A stretch of 64,000 bases of DNA from Eledone cirrhosa (lineage: Eukaryota). Location of the stretch: positions 80,042,001 through 80,106,000 of the forward strand of contig OZ024745.1 in NCBI GenBank assembly GCA_964016885.1, in the 5' to 3' direction. Each line of letters starts with the position of its first letter. The stretch's first letter is position 1. The translations under genes and the position numbers were made by a program. Positions 51,996-64,000 of this stretch are shown one piece after another. The notes beneath the pieces were generated by a model. The model did no database searches, was not told where the DNA came from, and worked only from the letters and a program-made list of their open reading frames with translations.

Positions 51996-54900
51996 GAAAT
52001 TATTGTGTACAGTACTCAGGTGCACTACAACTCATCAAAGGTGCATGTATAGTACATAGAATAATGTACAATTGTCAGGGAAGTGAATAGTGTATGAGTC
52101 ATGATATACATGTGCGCGTGTGTATGGAGGGGGAGTATTAGATGTAGTGTTGGCGAATCTCAGGAAGCATGGAGGTTTTAAAGGATGCAGTGTCTCGACA
52201 GCTAACAACTGATGCAGGGAGTTTGTTCCATGCTTCAGCAACTCTGAGCGTGAAAAAATGTTTCCGAAAGTCACAGAAGCTGTGCTGTTTTCTGACTTTG
52301 TTGGCATGCCCATGTGTGTTAGACACATAGAAATCAAAAAGGTACTCAGGGTTGTTGTTGCCAGACGTCGGAGCTTCAATGTATCCATGCCCAGGGAAGC
52401 AAGGCGTTCAGAGTATGGTAGATGACTGATGGAGGGTATTCGCTTGGTTGCACATCTCTGAACAGCTTCCAAGCGGTCGATGTTCTGAGCAAGATAGGGG
52501 TTCCAGACTGGTGATGCAAATTCTAAGTGTGGCCGCACCATAGCTATATACAGCTTTAAATAGATAGCTGGAGAGCGGCTGACGAAGGTCTTGCTGAGTG
52601 ATGCTAAGACACCCTCGGCCTTCTTGACAATTTTAGAGACGGGGTTCGTCCAACGCAAATCGCTGCTGACTAATGCCCAGGTCATGTTCACAAGAAGACT
52701 TCTTGATATTAGTGTTGTGGAGGGAGTATGTGGACCCTGGGTTTTACTCCCAAAATGCATGGTGATACACTTGTCCACAGCCAGCTTGAGTTGCCTGTCC
52801 ATGATCCATTGTTGCATCGTGCAGTCACCCTTTTTGAATAGAGGAATGACACTGGCAGTTTTTCACTGTTCTGGAGTAGCACCGTTGTTCAGACAGAATT
52901 GGAAGAAGCATGATAGCTGGTGCAGAAGGAAGTACCCACCACGTTTGAGAGGCAGGTACGTAATACCATCAAGACCAAGAGAGGCATGGTTGCATTTTTT
53001 TTTAAGGTGACGTCGCAGCATTGCAGGTGTAAATTCCATAGTTGTAATAGAATCTGATGTCAGAGATGGAGAGACGGTACATTCTGGTCTTCAATAATGA
53101 AAATGCCTGCATAGCATTCGGCAATGAGTTCTGCGCATTTCTTGGGGTCGTCAGTAACCTGGCTTGTGTGGGGATTGTGAAGAGGACCAACTGGAGAGTG
53201 AGGCCTCTGCTTTGAGTGAACATACTTCCAGAACACCTTACTGTCAGGGCTGGCTGCTATGAGGTGCTCAAATTCAAGCACTGCCTTTTTTGTCACCTGC
53301 TTGAGATGGTTGGATGATTTATTTCGCTTTTTCCTATTGATATCTGATTTACGCAGTTTATACTCACATGCAGTACAACCCGACAACCACCTGATCACCT
53401 ATAGATCAGGGGAGCACTCTAGTCAGTTAGATTTTATCCTCATCAGAGGACGTGACAGATGGACGGTCGTAAACACAAAAGCCTTCCCTAGTGAGGAATG
53501 TACATCCCAACATAGCTTAGTTGTCAGCGACCTCACGGTCAGAACTAGACGAGCCCTGAAACAGAGGCCAACCTGGAGAAGAAAGATCTGGAAGCTGAAA
53601 GTCCCCTCAACCAGTAACAGATTTAAAGATATTTTACTCAACCCCTACGACAGTAAAGAAGAACAGATAGAGACATTTAACGTAGAAGAGAACTGGGAGT
53701 TCCTAAAAAATAACTTACTAGAGGCGACGGATGAGGTTTGTGGCTGGAGTAAGACCTCAAGCAGGAGGAGAGTGACTTGGTGGTGGAACAATAAGGTAGA
53801 TGAAGCAGTCAAGGCCAAGAGACAGGCATGGAAAGAATGGAAGAACGGGGGGAGCAGGGTACATTACATAGAGACCAAGAGGGAAGCTAGGCGACAAGTA
53901 TACTTAGCTAGGAGGGAAGCAGAGGATAGAAAATTCAAGCATGTTTTACAACGTGAGGACCAGAAACAGGAGGTATTCAAGATTGCGAGGCAGTGTGTCA
54001 GAGATAGTTGTGATGTCATTGGAGAGAAGTGTATCCGGAATGATAAAGGTGAGCTTGCCCTCACAAGTGCTGAGAAGAAAGATGCATGGAAGAGTCATTA
54101 TGATAGATTACTAAATGAGGAGAATGCATGGGAAGAAGAGACCCTACCCCACGTAGACCCTATAGAGGGACCAGCAGTACAAGTCAGCGGCAGTGTAGTA
54201 AGTAAGGCAATCAGAGATATGAAGATAGGGAAGGCAACCGGTCCATCGGGTATAGCTGCCGAGATGCTGAAGGCATCTGGGTCTGTAGGTCACACTATAA
54301 CCACACGTATCGTTAACCAGGTAATACTAGAGGGGGCCATACCAAAAGATTGGTGCAGTAGCATCATTGTCAACTGCTACAAAGGTAAAGGCGATGCACT
54401 AGATAGAGGAAACTATAGAGGTATAAAGTTGATGGACCAGGTCATGAAAGTAACAGAAAGAGTTATAGCACAGCTGATTAGGGACCGGGTGAATATAGAC
54501 GAGATGCAATTTGGGTTTGTACCAGGGAAAGGCACCACTGATGCCCTCTTCCTTGTGAGGCAATTACAGGAAAAGTACCTAGCTAAAAGTAAGCCACTCT
54601 ACTTGGCATTTGTCGACCTTGAGAAAGCCTTTGACAGAGTTCCACATGCAGTAATCTGGTGGGCTCTTAGAAAACTAGGAGTAGATGAATGGCTTGTGAA
54701 AGCGGTACAAGCCATGTATAGGGGAGCAGTCAGCAAAGTTAGGATTGGCAATGAGTATAGCGAGGAATTTAGCGTACAGGTTGGGGTCCACCAGGGCTCT
54801 GTTCTTAGCCCTCTCCTGTTCATTATAGTCCTGCAGGCAATAACGGAGGAGTTTAAGACCGGATGCCCATGGGAACTCCTGTATGCTGATGACCTCGCAC

Positions 54901-57030
54901 TCATAGCTGAATCTATGGTAGAACTAGAGAATAAATTCCAAACCTGGAAGCAGGGACTAGAGAGAAAGGGCCTCAAAGTCAACATGACAAAGACTAAGGT
55001 CCTTATAAGTAGACGAGAAAACAGAACCCAGATCCCCTCAGGGAAATGGCCTTGCTCAGTATGTAGGAAAGGTGTAGGTAGGAACTCCATTCTCTGCCCC
55101 AAATGCAAACAATGGGTACACAAGAGATGTAGCGGGATCTCAGGAAGCTTAATTAAGAATGTAGGATTCACATGCAGCAGCTGTGCTGAAACAGCAAGCA
55201 AACAGCCACAGGAAACAAGTACCACCAATCTCTGGGAGGGCCCTGTAGAAACAGTAGACAGCTTCTGCTACCTAGGTGACCGAATTAGCAACGGAGGTGG
55301 GTGCTCAGAAAGTACAATAACTAGGGTAAGAACGGGATGGAAGAAGTTTAGGGAACTACTACCACTGCTAGCTGCAAAAGGCTTCTCCCTCAGAATGAAA
55401 GGCAGACTGTATGATGCGTGTATCCGAACAGCGATGTTGCATGGTAGTGAGACCTGGGCGCTGAAGGTGGAAGACTTACGTAGATTAGAGAGAAACGAAG
55501 CCTGCATGCTCCGATGGATGTGTAACAGTAATATACGTGAACGACAAAGCATAAAGGAATTGAGAGAGAGACTGAGCATAAGAGGAATCAAATGCTGCGT
55601 GCAGGAGAGGCGGTTACGCTGGTATGGACATGTGATGCGTATGAAGGATGACAGCTGCATAAAAAGGTGCAGAGCACTAGAAGTTGATGGAAACCGCGGA
55701 GTGGGGAGACCCAAGATGACTTGGGATGAGGTGATAAAAGCCGACCTTACCCAACTACACCTCTCAAAGTCAATGACACACGACCGTGACTTCTGGCGTC
55801 ACGCAGTAATACAGGGTACCCGACCTCCCATGGGTACATGCTGAAGCATATAAACAATATGCCCCCCACCGCAAGGTGGTCGTGGAGGTGCCACGGCAAA
55901 AAAGCACCCAGCCCACACTGTAAAGTGGACGTGTAGGCGCCACGAAAAAGCACCCAGCACTCACTGTAAATGAGGTTGGTGTTAGGAAGGGCATCCAGCT
56001 GTAGAAATCAAGCCAGATCAGTTCCTGTATGAGCAAGGCATGGTCAGCCGACCAGACACTGCCCACAACAGGACAACCCGTCTAACCCATGCTAGCGTGG
56101 AAGAACGGACGTAAAACGGTGATGATGATGATGATGATGCAGCATTACAACGTTATTTTCTGGCAAGACGGATGGCTGCAGTCTCCCAAATTGCACTTTT
56201 GGGATGTTTTTTCTGCTTACGTGGTACCGATGCTGCACATGCTGTCCATATTGAGTTCAGGATGTTCTGGAGTACAGTGTTGACATCTCCAGAGTCATAA
56301 AACTCAAGCCAGTTTGGATGTTGCAGTTTGATGCAGCAACAGTTCCAGTCTGCTTTATTCCAGTCAAAGTGAGCAGTTTGGAGATGGTTGTGGTTTTTGT
56401 TACTGCCCATGAGGGATAGATTGCCAATGATCATAGCATGATCAGAGTCACCTAAAGGTTCCTCAGTAGTAATAACCGTTTCATGAGTAGTGGTGAAGAG
56501 CAGATCCAAAGTGTTGTCACCTCTTGTTGGGGAGGTGACTACTTGGGACCAGTTCGAGTCCAGCACTAGCTCAAGGAAATCATTTGCACTTTGCCGCCAA
56601 TGAAAAGTTTCCCAGTCAATCTTAGGGTGATTGAAGTCCCCTGCAATAAAAACATAAGTGGCTGTTTTCCTGGCAGCAGCTCTGAGGATATCACAAAGTT
56701 AAGTGTCCTGTTAGTAATTTGGGGGACAGTAAATGACTCCAAGTAGCAGTGTTGACATGGTCATACGTATATCGCAGAAAAATACCTCTTGCTGGTTCAA
56801 ATCAACACAAGAAATTGCTGAAAAATTTGACCGAACGTAGACCATTACACCACCACATGCAGTCTTTACGAAACAAGTTGTAGCCAGTTATGCTGAAAAC
56901 CCCATCACAGAGTAAGGAATGTGTCCATGTTTCTGTGACTGTAATGAATTCAGGGTCGATACTTTTGATGTAGGAGTCAAGAAGATGTATCTTATTGCAT
57001 AGACTACGTGCATTCAAGGACAACAATTTG
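51990..57030 (-). mobile_element. CR1-group LINE, degraded and internally deleted, split by the RTE insertion
   Basis: LNARSLCNK..TVTETW, IAGDFNHP, PTRGDNTLDLLFT, LGDSDH, VRPHLEFASPVWNP..LEAVQR..YSERL, HFFTLRVAEAWNKLP; (ATT)n tail. Confidence 0.88.
53380..56145 (+). mobile_element. Young 5'-truncated RTE LINE with open ORF (to 55844) and (GAT)n tail, inserted in a CR1 element
   Basis: [69 protein letters not shown]; no stops; probable TSD TACAAC at 53374-79 and 56146-51. Confidence 0.93.
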
Positions 57031-57599
57031 TACCTTGATTCCAGTCTATGATTATGTGCAGGAGATGGCAGGTTGTTCTGATTTAGTTTCCCAGAGTTTT
57101 TTCAGTTTTTTTATTGTCAGATGTTTTAACATATTTCATGACAACTTTTTTAATGAAATACATTGCCGAGCTGTTTACATTAATTTTGAAAATAAGTTTA
57201 AAAAATTGAAAGCTTTTAGTTTGCACTTTTATCAAATTTACTGTTTTAAATGTTTACACACACACACAAACATCCATCTCAACATCTCACACATTTCCTT
57301 GTTTTTGGTACATCTCAAAATTCTTTTTCAGTTTCAGCTTCCTCTCTTCAATCTTTTAATAGCTCACTGTTCTATTTTTGCAGTTTTTACAGTTATTAAA
57401 TTTATTGTTTTAAATGTTTACAAACACACGATATTCATCTCATCATCTTACTTACAAACACAGATTTCATTTCTCTGTTTTAGCTCACTCTCACCGCCTA
57501 TTCCCTTATGGTCCATACATCCCTTTTACATGCCCATTAATTGGTAGATTTAACAGTTAAAAAAAAAGATTTCATCATTTAGACTTAAATCTAAATTAT

Positions 57600-59280
57600 T
57601 TTAAGGTCATGTGCCAAGTGACCAGGATACCTGCATGGTTAAATGATTTCGTAACATCCTATTAGCCTTCACCCTCCTGTTCCCCGCCACCCCCATCACA
57701 TTCCAGGCAATTAACTTGTGTCCCCTATCTCTTCCCTCCCTCCATTATCTTCAGATTCAGTCAAAATTAGCCCTGTTTATCCCCCTATTCAACCCACTAC
57801 TCCCATAGCAGCTAGCTTGCCTCCAATGCCACCTAGCCCCAACTGAGTCCCACTGCCAGAGTTAATGCTGTTCACCCAGTTCTTCCCTCTACCTCTATCA
57901 TTAACCTACCCTCACTATCTTCTCCTCCCCATCTGAATCCTAATTCTAATGCCAACCCCTCTGGTGCTGACAATTCACCACCAAACTGTGCTCTTTGCAC
58001 CCATACAAGTCAATATTTGAAGACCATCAAATGTCACTCATCTAGCCTAAGCTATAACAGGAGCTGTGTTGGCATTACTCAGGGTCAAGCTGAAAGTTTC
58101 TCAAACTGGACGTGTAACCAATGCCACTTCAGTTCCAACTTACTTCGCAGGTCAGAACCTAGCTTTGACATTTAGATCCCTGGAGAGGATTTTGCTGCTG
58201 CCCTCCGGGACTTGTCTATGTTCAAACTCATGAACAGAATCTCAAAGGGAGCTTGGACCTGTTTCGTCCATGCTCTCTTCAAACTGCTGAAAATGTCTGC
58301 TTGTCCAACATCTCGGATTGGCAGAAACTATTCTTGTTCTCTCTAGTCTCTCCACATATCCAACGCAAAATCTGGATTCCTCACATTTTCCCTAAAACGG
58401 CAGGTTTAGCAGTTTGATTCCACCCCAACTACGGCTTATCTCAGTTCTGATCAATGGATGATCACCAAACTTAAAGAAGACCATCAATGCCAAATTCAAC
58501 GAATTTGATATTAAAAGGGCTGTTCGCCTCCTTACCTCTCTGTCCTCCCTCACCCAGTGCACAACTGATTTACTCAATCGACTGAGGGAGAAACATCTTC
58601 ATGCCTCTCCAGATGACCACCTATACTGGCTCAATCCACCAGGTTATTTACCGCCTATCTTCGCATCAGAAAGGCAATTATATCCTTTACTGCGGTTTCT
58701 GGTACAGGGATTGATAGTCTACAGCCTCAGCACCATAAGGATGGTATCTTTTTGTCTACTGAAGATACTGGCCTTGAGCTCTTCGAGAACCTCACCCAGT
58801 TCATTAACTTGTTCTTGTCAGAGAGTATCCTCACTTATATTTGCCCCCTCTTCTTTGGGGTTAAACTGTTTGGCCTCACAAAACCCAATGGTGACCTTCA
58901 CCCCATAGAGTTGGGTGCACACTGTGACAGCTCTCTGCAAAATTATGTCTATCCTTCATTTCAGACTGCCTGTCTGCTGAATGTTTCCTTATTCAGCTAG
59001 GAGTGAGTGCCAAGCTGGATTATGAGGCTGCCACCAGAGCATTTACCAACTTTCCTTCTAAGACCCCTAAGGTTATCCTCAAACTAGATCTTAGGAATAT
59101 TTTCAATTCCATCAGTCAGGATGTCATCATTTGTTCAGTAAAAGAGAGAACCCCTCAGCTTTACCACTTTGCTTGGCAAGCCTATCGGGAGCCCTCCTAC
59201 CTCTCTTTCAGAGACCATTTCATCCTATCTGCCTCAGGCGTCCAACAGAGGACCTGTTCTTCACATTGGGTATTGATGAT
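57600..59280 (+). mobile_element. Old CRE-like LINE 5'/RT remnant with a degenerate N-terminal PHD-like finger
   Basis: CALC..IKCHSS..YNRSCVG..WTCNQC at 57987-58124; FFGVKLFGLTKPNGDLHPI, LKLDLRNIFNSI, ILSASGVQQ. Confidence 0.65.
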
Positions 59281-59898
59281 GTCACCACCAATGATGGCCT
59301 TGGGACCCCCTGCTGGTCATTTAACCTTGTTCTGGTGACGCAGCTTGATGGAGCATGCAACTACTGATATACTCATGTTTATAGGCTCTGAGGATTCCTG
59401 CCATGGTGCATGGATGAAACACTGTTAGCTAATAAAATAATGTATTTCTAAGCACCCTTTGGTTATTCCTATAACTATAACGGCTCTGTAGTACTAGTTA
59501 TCCTACATTGAGCTAAAACCACACTGTCACACCAAGGGCAATATATCTACATGTCTGGGCATATTGATATATTTGTCAACGAAATATATATATATATATA
59601 TATATATATAATCATCATTTCATTTTACGTCCGCTTTTCCCTGCTTGCAAGGGTGGGACGGGAACTGATTCTGGCTTGATTTCTACAGCTGGATGCCCTT
59701 CCTAACACCAACCTCATTTACAGTGAGTGCTGGGTGCTTTTTTGCCGTGGCACCTCCACGACCACTTTCCAGTGGAATGATAGGGACCCCAGTCCCTATC
59801 ATCTCATTTCTATAGCTGAGTATACAAGCGTATACAAGATTTTAATTATTCGAATATTTTACAAAGCCTGATGTATATTTTTTTTTGTTTTTTTTAAG

Positions 59899-60036
59899 GT
59901 GCTTCTTTTTCAAAAGCATCCCAGTTACTAGAAGCAATCCATGAATGCTCTGATTTTGATGATGATGTTGAAGATGTAAGCAATGAAGAGGAGCAAGCCC
60001 AAACAACAATAAAAGCTGGTGCTGGACAGATAGCTA
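59899..60036 (+). CDS. IAP coding exon 5: end of UBA plus acidic linker; gene continues beyond the window (RING expected, not seen)
   Basis: Strong poly-T acceptor ttttaag|; in-phase GASFSKASQLLEAIHECSDFDDDVEDVSNEEEQ..; donor A|GTAAGT at 60037. Confidence 0.85.
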
Positions 60037-60289
60037 GTAAGTAAATAAGTGATTATTCCTCTATTTCTTTATATATAGTAAGTAAATCAGTGATTATTAT
60101 TATATTTTCATGGTAAAGGCCTTACCTCACATAATTATCTTTCATAATATCAAATATATGAGATTTTGAAAGTATTTATTTTGAGAACAATACCTTAACA
60201 TCAGTTTGAGTGACCGGTTTGAAGAGAAAGAGGTAGAGAATTCTGGTCAGTTTGAACATTAAAGGGTTAAACGTATATGGAAATGGAAG

Positions 60290-60836
60290 GAGCCCTCAGC
60301 CTGTAACAAATTTCTTAGGTGTCGTCAGCAGTCAAGGTGATGTCATGCCACCTCACTTCTTCCCTGAGGACCTCAAGGTGAACACTGATAGCTACATCCG
60401 TGTTCTGAGCGAGGTAGTAAAGCCCTGGATCGACCAGGTAGCTGCAGGTAGGCTGTACGTGTGGCAGCAAGACTCAGCGCTCTGCCATACCAGCCGAAAG
60501 ACCCACTTTCCCTGACATCTGGCCTCCCAGCTCGCCTGACTGCAACCCTCTCGACTTCTTTGTGTGGGGCGCAGTGGAACGAGACACCAACAGATCTAGC
60601 TGCAATACGAAAGATGATCTGAAGGCCAGGATCACAAGTGCCTTTAGGGGTCTAAGTCGGGGGACAGTGACGAAGGCCTTGTAGCCGGTTCCGAGGCCGC
60701 CTTGAAGCCATCATCAAAGCCAATGGCGGGTATATCGAGTGAGATCGAAAGAACAAGTCATGAAGACAAACTGACCCAAGTTTGATAAATAAATCTTAAA
60801 AAATAAGTAATCTTGCGAACAGATATCGTCCGCACC

Positions 60837-60838
<2 letters not shown>
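60290..60838 (+). mobile_element. Tc1/mariner (probably DD37D/maT-like) transposase 3' remnant with right end
   Basis: GDVMPPHFF..KVNTDSYIRVL..VWQQDSA.CH, WPPSSPDCNPLDFFVWG, RLEAIIKANGGYIE*; ends CACCCTG|TA. Confidence 0.85.
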
Positions 60839-60874
<36 letters not shown>

Positions 60875-61349
60875 AATTTCGTTTTTAAAATATAAAAACT
60901 GGAAAGAAGTAGGTGGAGGAGTTAAAACAGCTCAAAATACGGTAATTTATTATAATAAACAGTACATAAGCCTATGTATCATACTTCAAGCATGTGTACA
61001 AAATCCTACTGTGTTAAAAAAAATTACGTGTGGAGCAAATTATTCATTAAAGTATTACCAAATACAGTTTCACATTAAATATTAATTTACAATTTTTTCA
61101 TCATTTTATGAACAAATACCTAAACATATTGATCTCAGCACACACACTAAGAGGCCACAAAGCTTTGTTTACATTAATTAAGCAGTAATACTAGCTAACT
61201 GCAGTCATGATGTACTATCAGACCAAATCTAATTATCTACGATGAACTAAAAGATAGTTATCAAATAAATAACAAAAGAAAATATAAAAACTTATATATA
61301 TAGAGAGAGAAAAATATAAATATATATATGTGCGTGTGTACATATATCT

Positions 61350-63777
61350 CCTTATAATATATAACCAGCAATTTCTCTGTCTGTCTGTCCGACAGTGGAA
61401 ACACGTGCGCGCGTGGTTGCTATCTCTCTCTCTCTCCAGCTATCCCTCTCTTTTAGTCTGTCTGTTTCTCTCACTCTCACTCTTTCTCTTTGTAACACAC
61501 TAACATTCCTCCCGTCTATCGCTGTGACGAATGGGGAGATGGAGGAGGAGGAGGAGAGAGTCACTTCGTCACTTCACCTCTGCCTTTCTTTCTCTCCCCT
61601 CTCACTCCCTCATTACGTACAGACATTAGGGCAGTGGATTGGCAGAATCTGTAGAGAGTCGGACACCATGCTTCATAGCATGGAGTTACGTCCCTTTACG
61701 GTCTGAGTTCAAATACCGCCGAGGTTAACTTTGCCTTTCATCCTCACGGGGTTGATAAAATAAAGTACCAGTAATGTACTGGATAATTGCTGGCCTTGTG
61801 CCAAAAGTAGAAACAATTATTAGAAACATTGCTTCATTTTTACATATCTAAGCATTAGTAAAATAACTAATAATTTCAAAAGTAATTTTTCAATTCCAAT
61901 TGTTATGAACAGCAAAACATTAATAATAATTTTGTTCTAAGAAATATATATACATTTCTGTGTGTGTAATATATATATATATATACACACACAGAAATAT
62001 ATATACATTTCTGTGTGTGTAATATATATATATACACAGAAATATATATACATTTCTGTGTGTGTAGTATATATATATACACACACAGAAATATATATAC
62101 ATTTCTGTGTGTGTAATATATATATATATATACTAGCAGAAAACCACCCGGTGGGCGGTTTTCTGCTAGCAAATCTAGTGTATATACTGATATTGTTGAG
62201 ATTTGGATGAGAAATGTTTTTGGCACCACATGTTCACCGTCTCTCGGTGTGTCTTTTATGCATGTATAAATATATATGTTATCTATACGGTGAAATCTTT
62301 GAAATAAATATATGTTAAAACGAAAAAGGAGAAAAAGAGATTAGTGACGGAAATATAAACGTTATGATACATAAACGTTATGATATAACGATGGAAATAT
62401 ATCTTCAAATGGTCCTTGGCATGGTGTCAAGTCAGAACCGCCTCAAACTGGTTACTTCTGGCTTGTGCAAGGTGTCTCTATAGCAACCAGCGATTCCCTC
62501 GGCCTCAGTGACCAAAGTCAGTGGAGAGGGGAAGGTAATGTTTCTATAGCGACAGTGTTTCTCTTGGTAGTACCAAAGTGGAGAAAGGAAGGGGAAGGTA
62601 ATATTTCTGTAGCACCTACATTTGAGTTTTAGGGAAGGACAGACAGACAGACAAACAGAGAAATGCCTATATATTTCTGTGTGTGTATATATATATATAT
62701 ATTACACACACAGAAATGTATATATATTTCTGTGTGTATATATATATATATATATATTACACACACAGAAATGTATATATATTTCTGTGTGTATATATAT
62801 ATATTTCTGTGTGTGTATATATATATATATATTACATACACAGAAATGTATATATATTTCTTAGAACAAAATTATTATTAATGTTTTGCTGTTCATAACA
62901 ATTGGAATTGAAAAATTACTTTTGAAATTATTAGTTATTTTACTAATGCTTAGATATGTAAAAATGAAGCAATGTTTCTAATAATTGTTTCTACTTTTGG
63001 CACAAGGCCAGCAATTATCCAGTACATTACTGGTACTTTATTTTATCGACCCCGTGAGGATGAAAGGCAAAGTTAACCTCGGCGGTATTTGAACTCAGAC
63101 CGTAAAGGGACGGAACTCCATGCTATGAAGCATGGTGTCCGACTCTCTACAGATTCTGCCAATCCACCGCCCTAATGTCTGTACGTAATGAGGGAGTGAG
63201 AGGGGAGAGAAAGAAAGGCAGAGGGGAAGTGACGAAGTGACTCTCTCCTCCTCCTCCATCTCCCCATTCGTCACAGTGATAGAGGGGAGGAATGTTAGTG
63301 TTTTACAAAGAGAAAGAGTGAGAGAAACAGACAGATTAAAAGAGAGGGATAGCTGGAGAGAGAGAGAGAGATAGCAACCACGCGCGCACGTGTTTCCACT
63401 GTCGGACAGACAGACAGAGAAATTGCTGGTTATATATTATAAGGATATATATATACACACACAGAAATATATATACATTTCTGTGTGTGTAATATATATA
63501 TACACACACAGAAATATATGGGCATTTCTCTGTTTGTCTGTCTGTCTGTCTGTCCTTCCCTAAAACTCAAATGTAGGTGCTACAGAAATATTACCTTCCC
63601 CTTCCTTTCTCCACTTTGGTACTACCAAGAGAAACACTGTCGCTATAGAAACATTACCTTCCCCTCTCCACTGACTTTGGTCACTAAGGCCGAGGGAATC
63701 GCTGGTTGCTATAGAGACACCTTGCACAAGTCAGAAGTAACCAGTTCGAGGCGGTTCTCACTTGACACCATGCCAAG
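61350..63777. repeat. Interleaved long inverted repeats of Helitron-like origin: A> 61350-62130, B< 62416-62690, A< 62670-63444, B> 63485-63777
   Basis: Near-identical reverse complements; (GTCT)n Helitron-type heads; CTAG-bounded 37-nt palindrome at 62133-62169; another TC head at 63778. Confidence 0.85.
61628..61822 (+). mobile_element. tRNA-derived SINE family A (about 190 bp). Other copies: 10305-10490(-), 23871-24053(-), 32378-32557(+), 34045-34177(-), 35320-35560(-, two partial), 36392-36565(-), 37398-38040(+, split), 47170-47310(+), 48115-48397(-), 50675-50852(-), 62980-63175(-)
   Basis: A-box TGGCAG..GG, B-box GAGTTCAAATCCC, conserved core GCCTTTCATCCTTACGGGGTCGATAAAATAAAGTACCAG, (TTA)n tail; TSDs visible at two sites. 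Confidence 0.9.
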
Positions 63778-64000
63778 TCTACTTATAATATATAATGGGC
63801 ATTTCTCTGTTTGTTTGTCTGTCTCTCCGTCTGTAAAAAATGCCAAGGAAACAAATAGACCCGGTTTCAAATCTCTATGCTTTTCAAATTCATTACATTA
63901 ATCTTTATTTATATGTTTCGCTTTACGAGTGTTTCGGCTTATCATTATATATAAACGTTTCTATTTCCATCGTTTTATCATAAACGTTTATATATTTCCA

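Noticed and set aside
53259-53379. N-terminus of the 861-aa ORF as a real start
   Set aside because: It is antisense CR1 sequence that happens to be in frame with the 5'-truncated RTE; most of the endonuclease is missing.

Overview
AT-rich, microsatellite-dense animal genomic DNA. The repeat content suggests a mollusc, probably an octopus/cephalopod (inference). One host gene is visible: a + strand, multi-exon inhibitor-of-apoptosis (IAP/BIRC) gene with four BIR domains and a UBA domain. It has five coding exons at 38082-60036, a candidate kB-site/TATA promoter near 33940-34020, and its 3' end lies beyond the window. The rest is a nested mosaic of mobile DNA: Penelope-like elements (two Naiad-type, one other GIY-YIG remnant), RTE, Tx1/L1, CR1, CRE and R4/Dong LINEs, two SINE families, a Gypsy remnant with its LTR, mariner/Tc1 remnants, a MITE and Helitron derivatives. 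The most notable hidden signal is at least six distinct hammerhead-ribozyme-like motifs between 0.8 and 31.4 kb. One has a non-canonical core fixed in six copies, two or three of them inside Helitron-derived sequence. Another is a canonical hammerhead in a 431-bp retrozyme-like unit. Other notable signals are apparent microsatellite-targeted LINE stacking and long intronic fold-backs in the IAP gene. All calls come from reading the sequence by eye; no searches or folding programs were run, and repeat boundaries are approximate.
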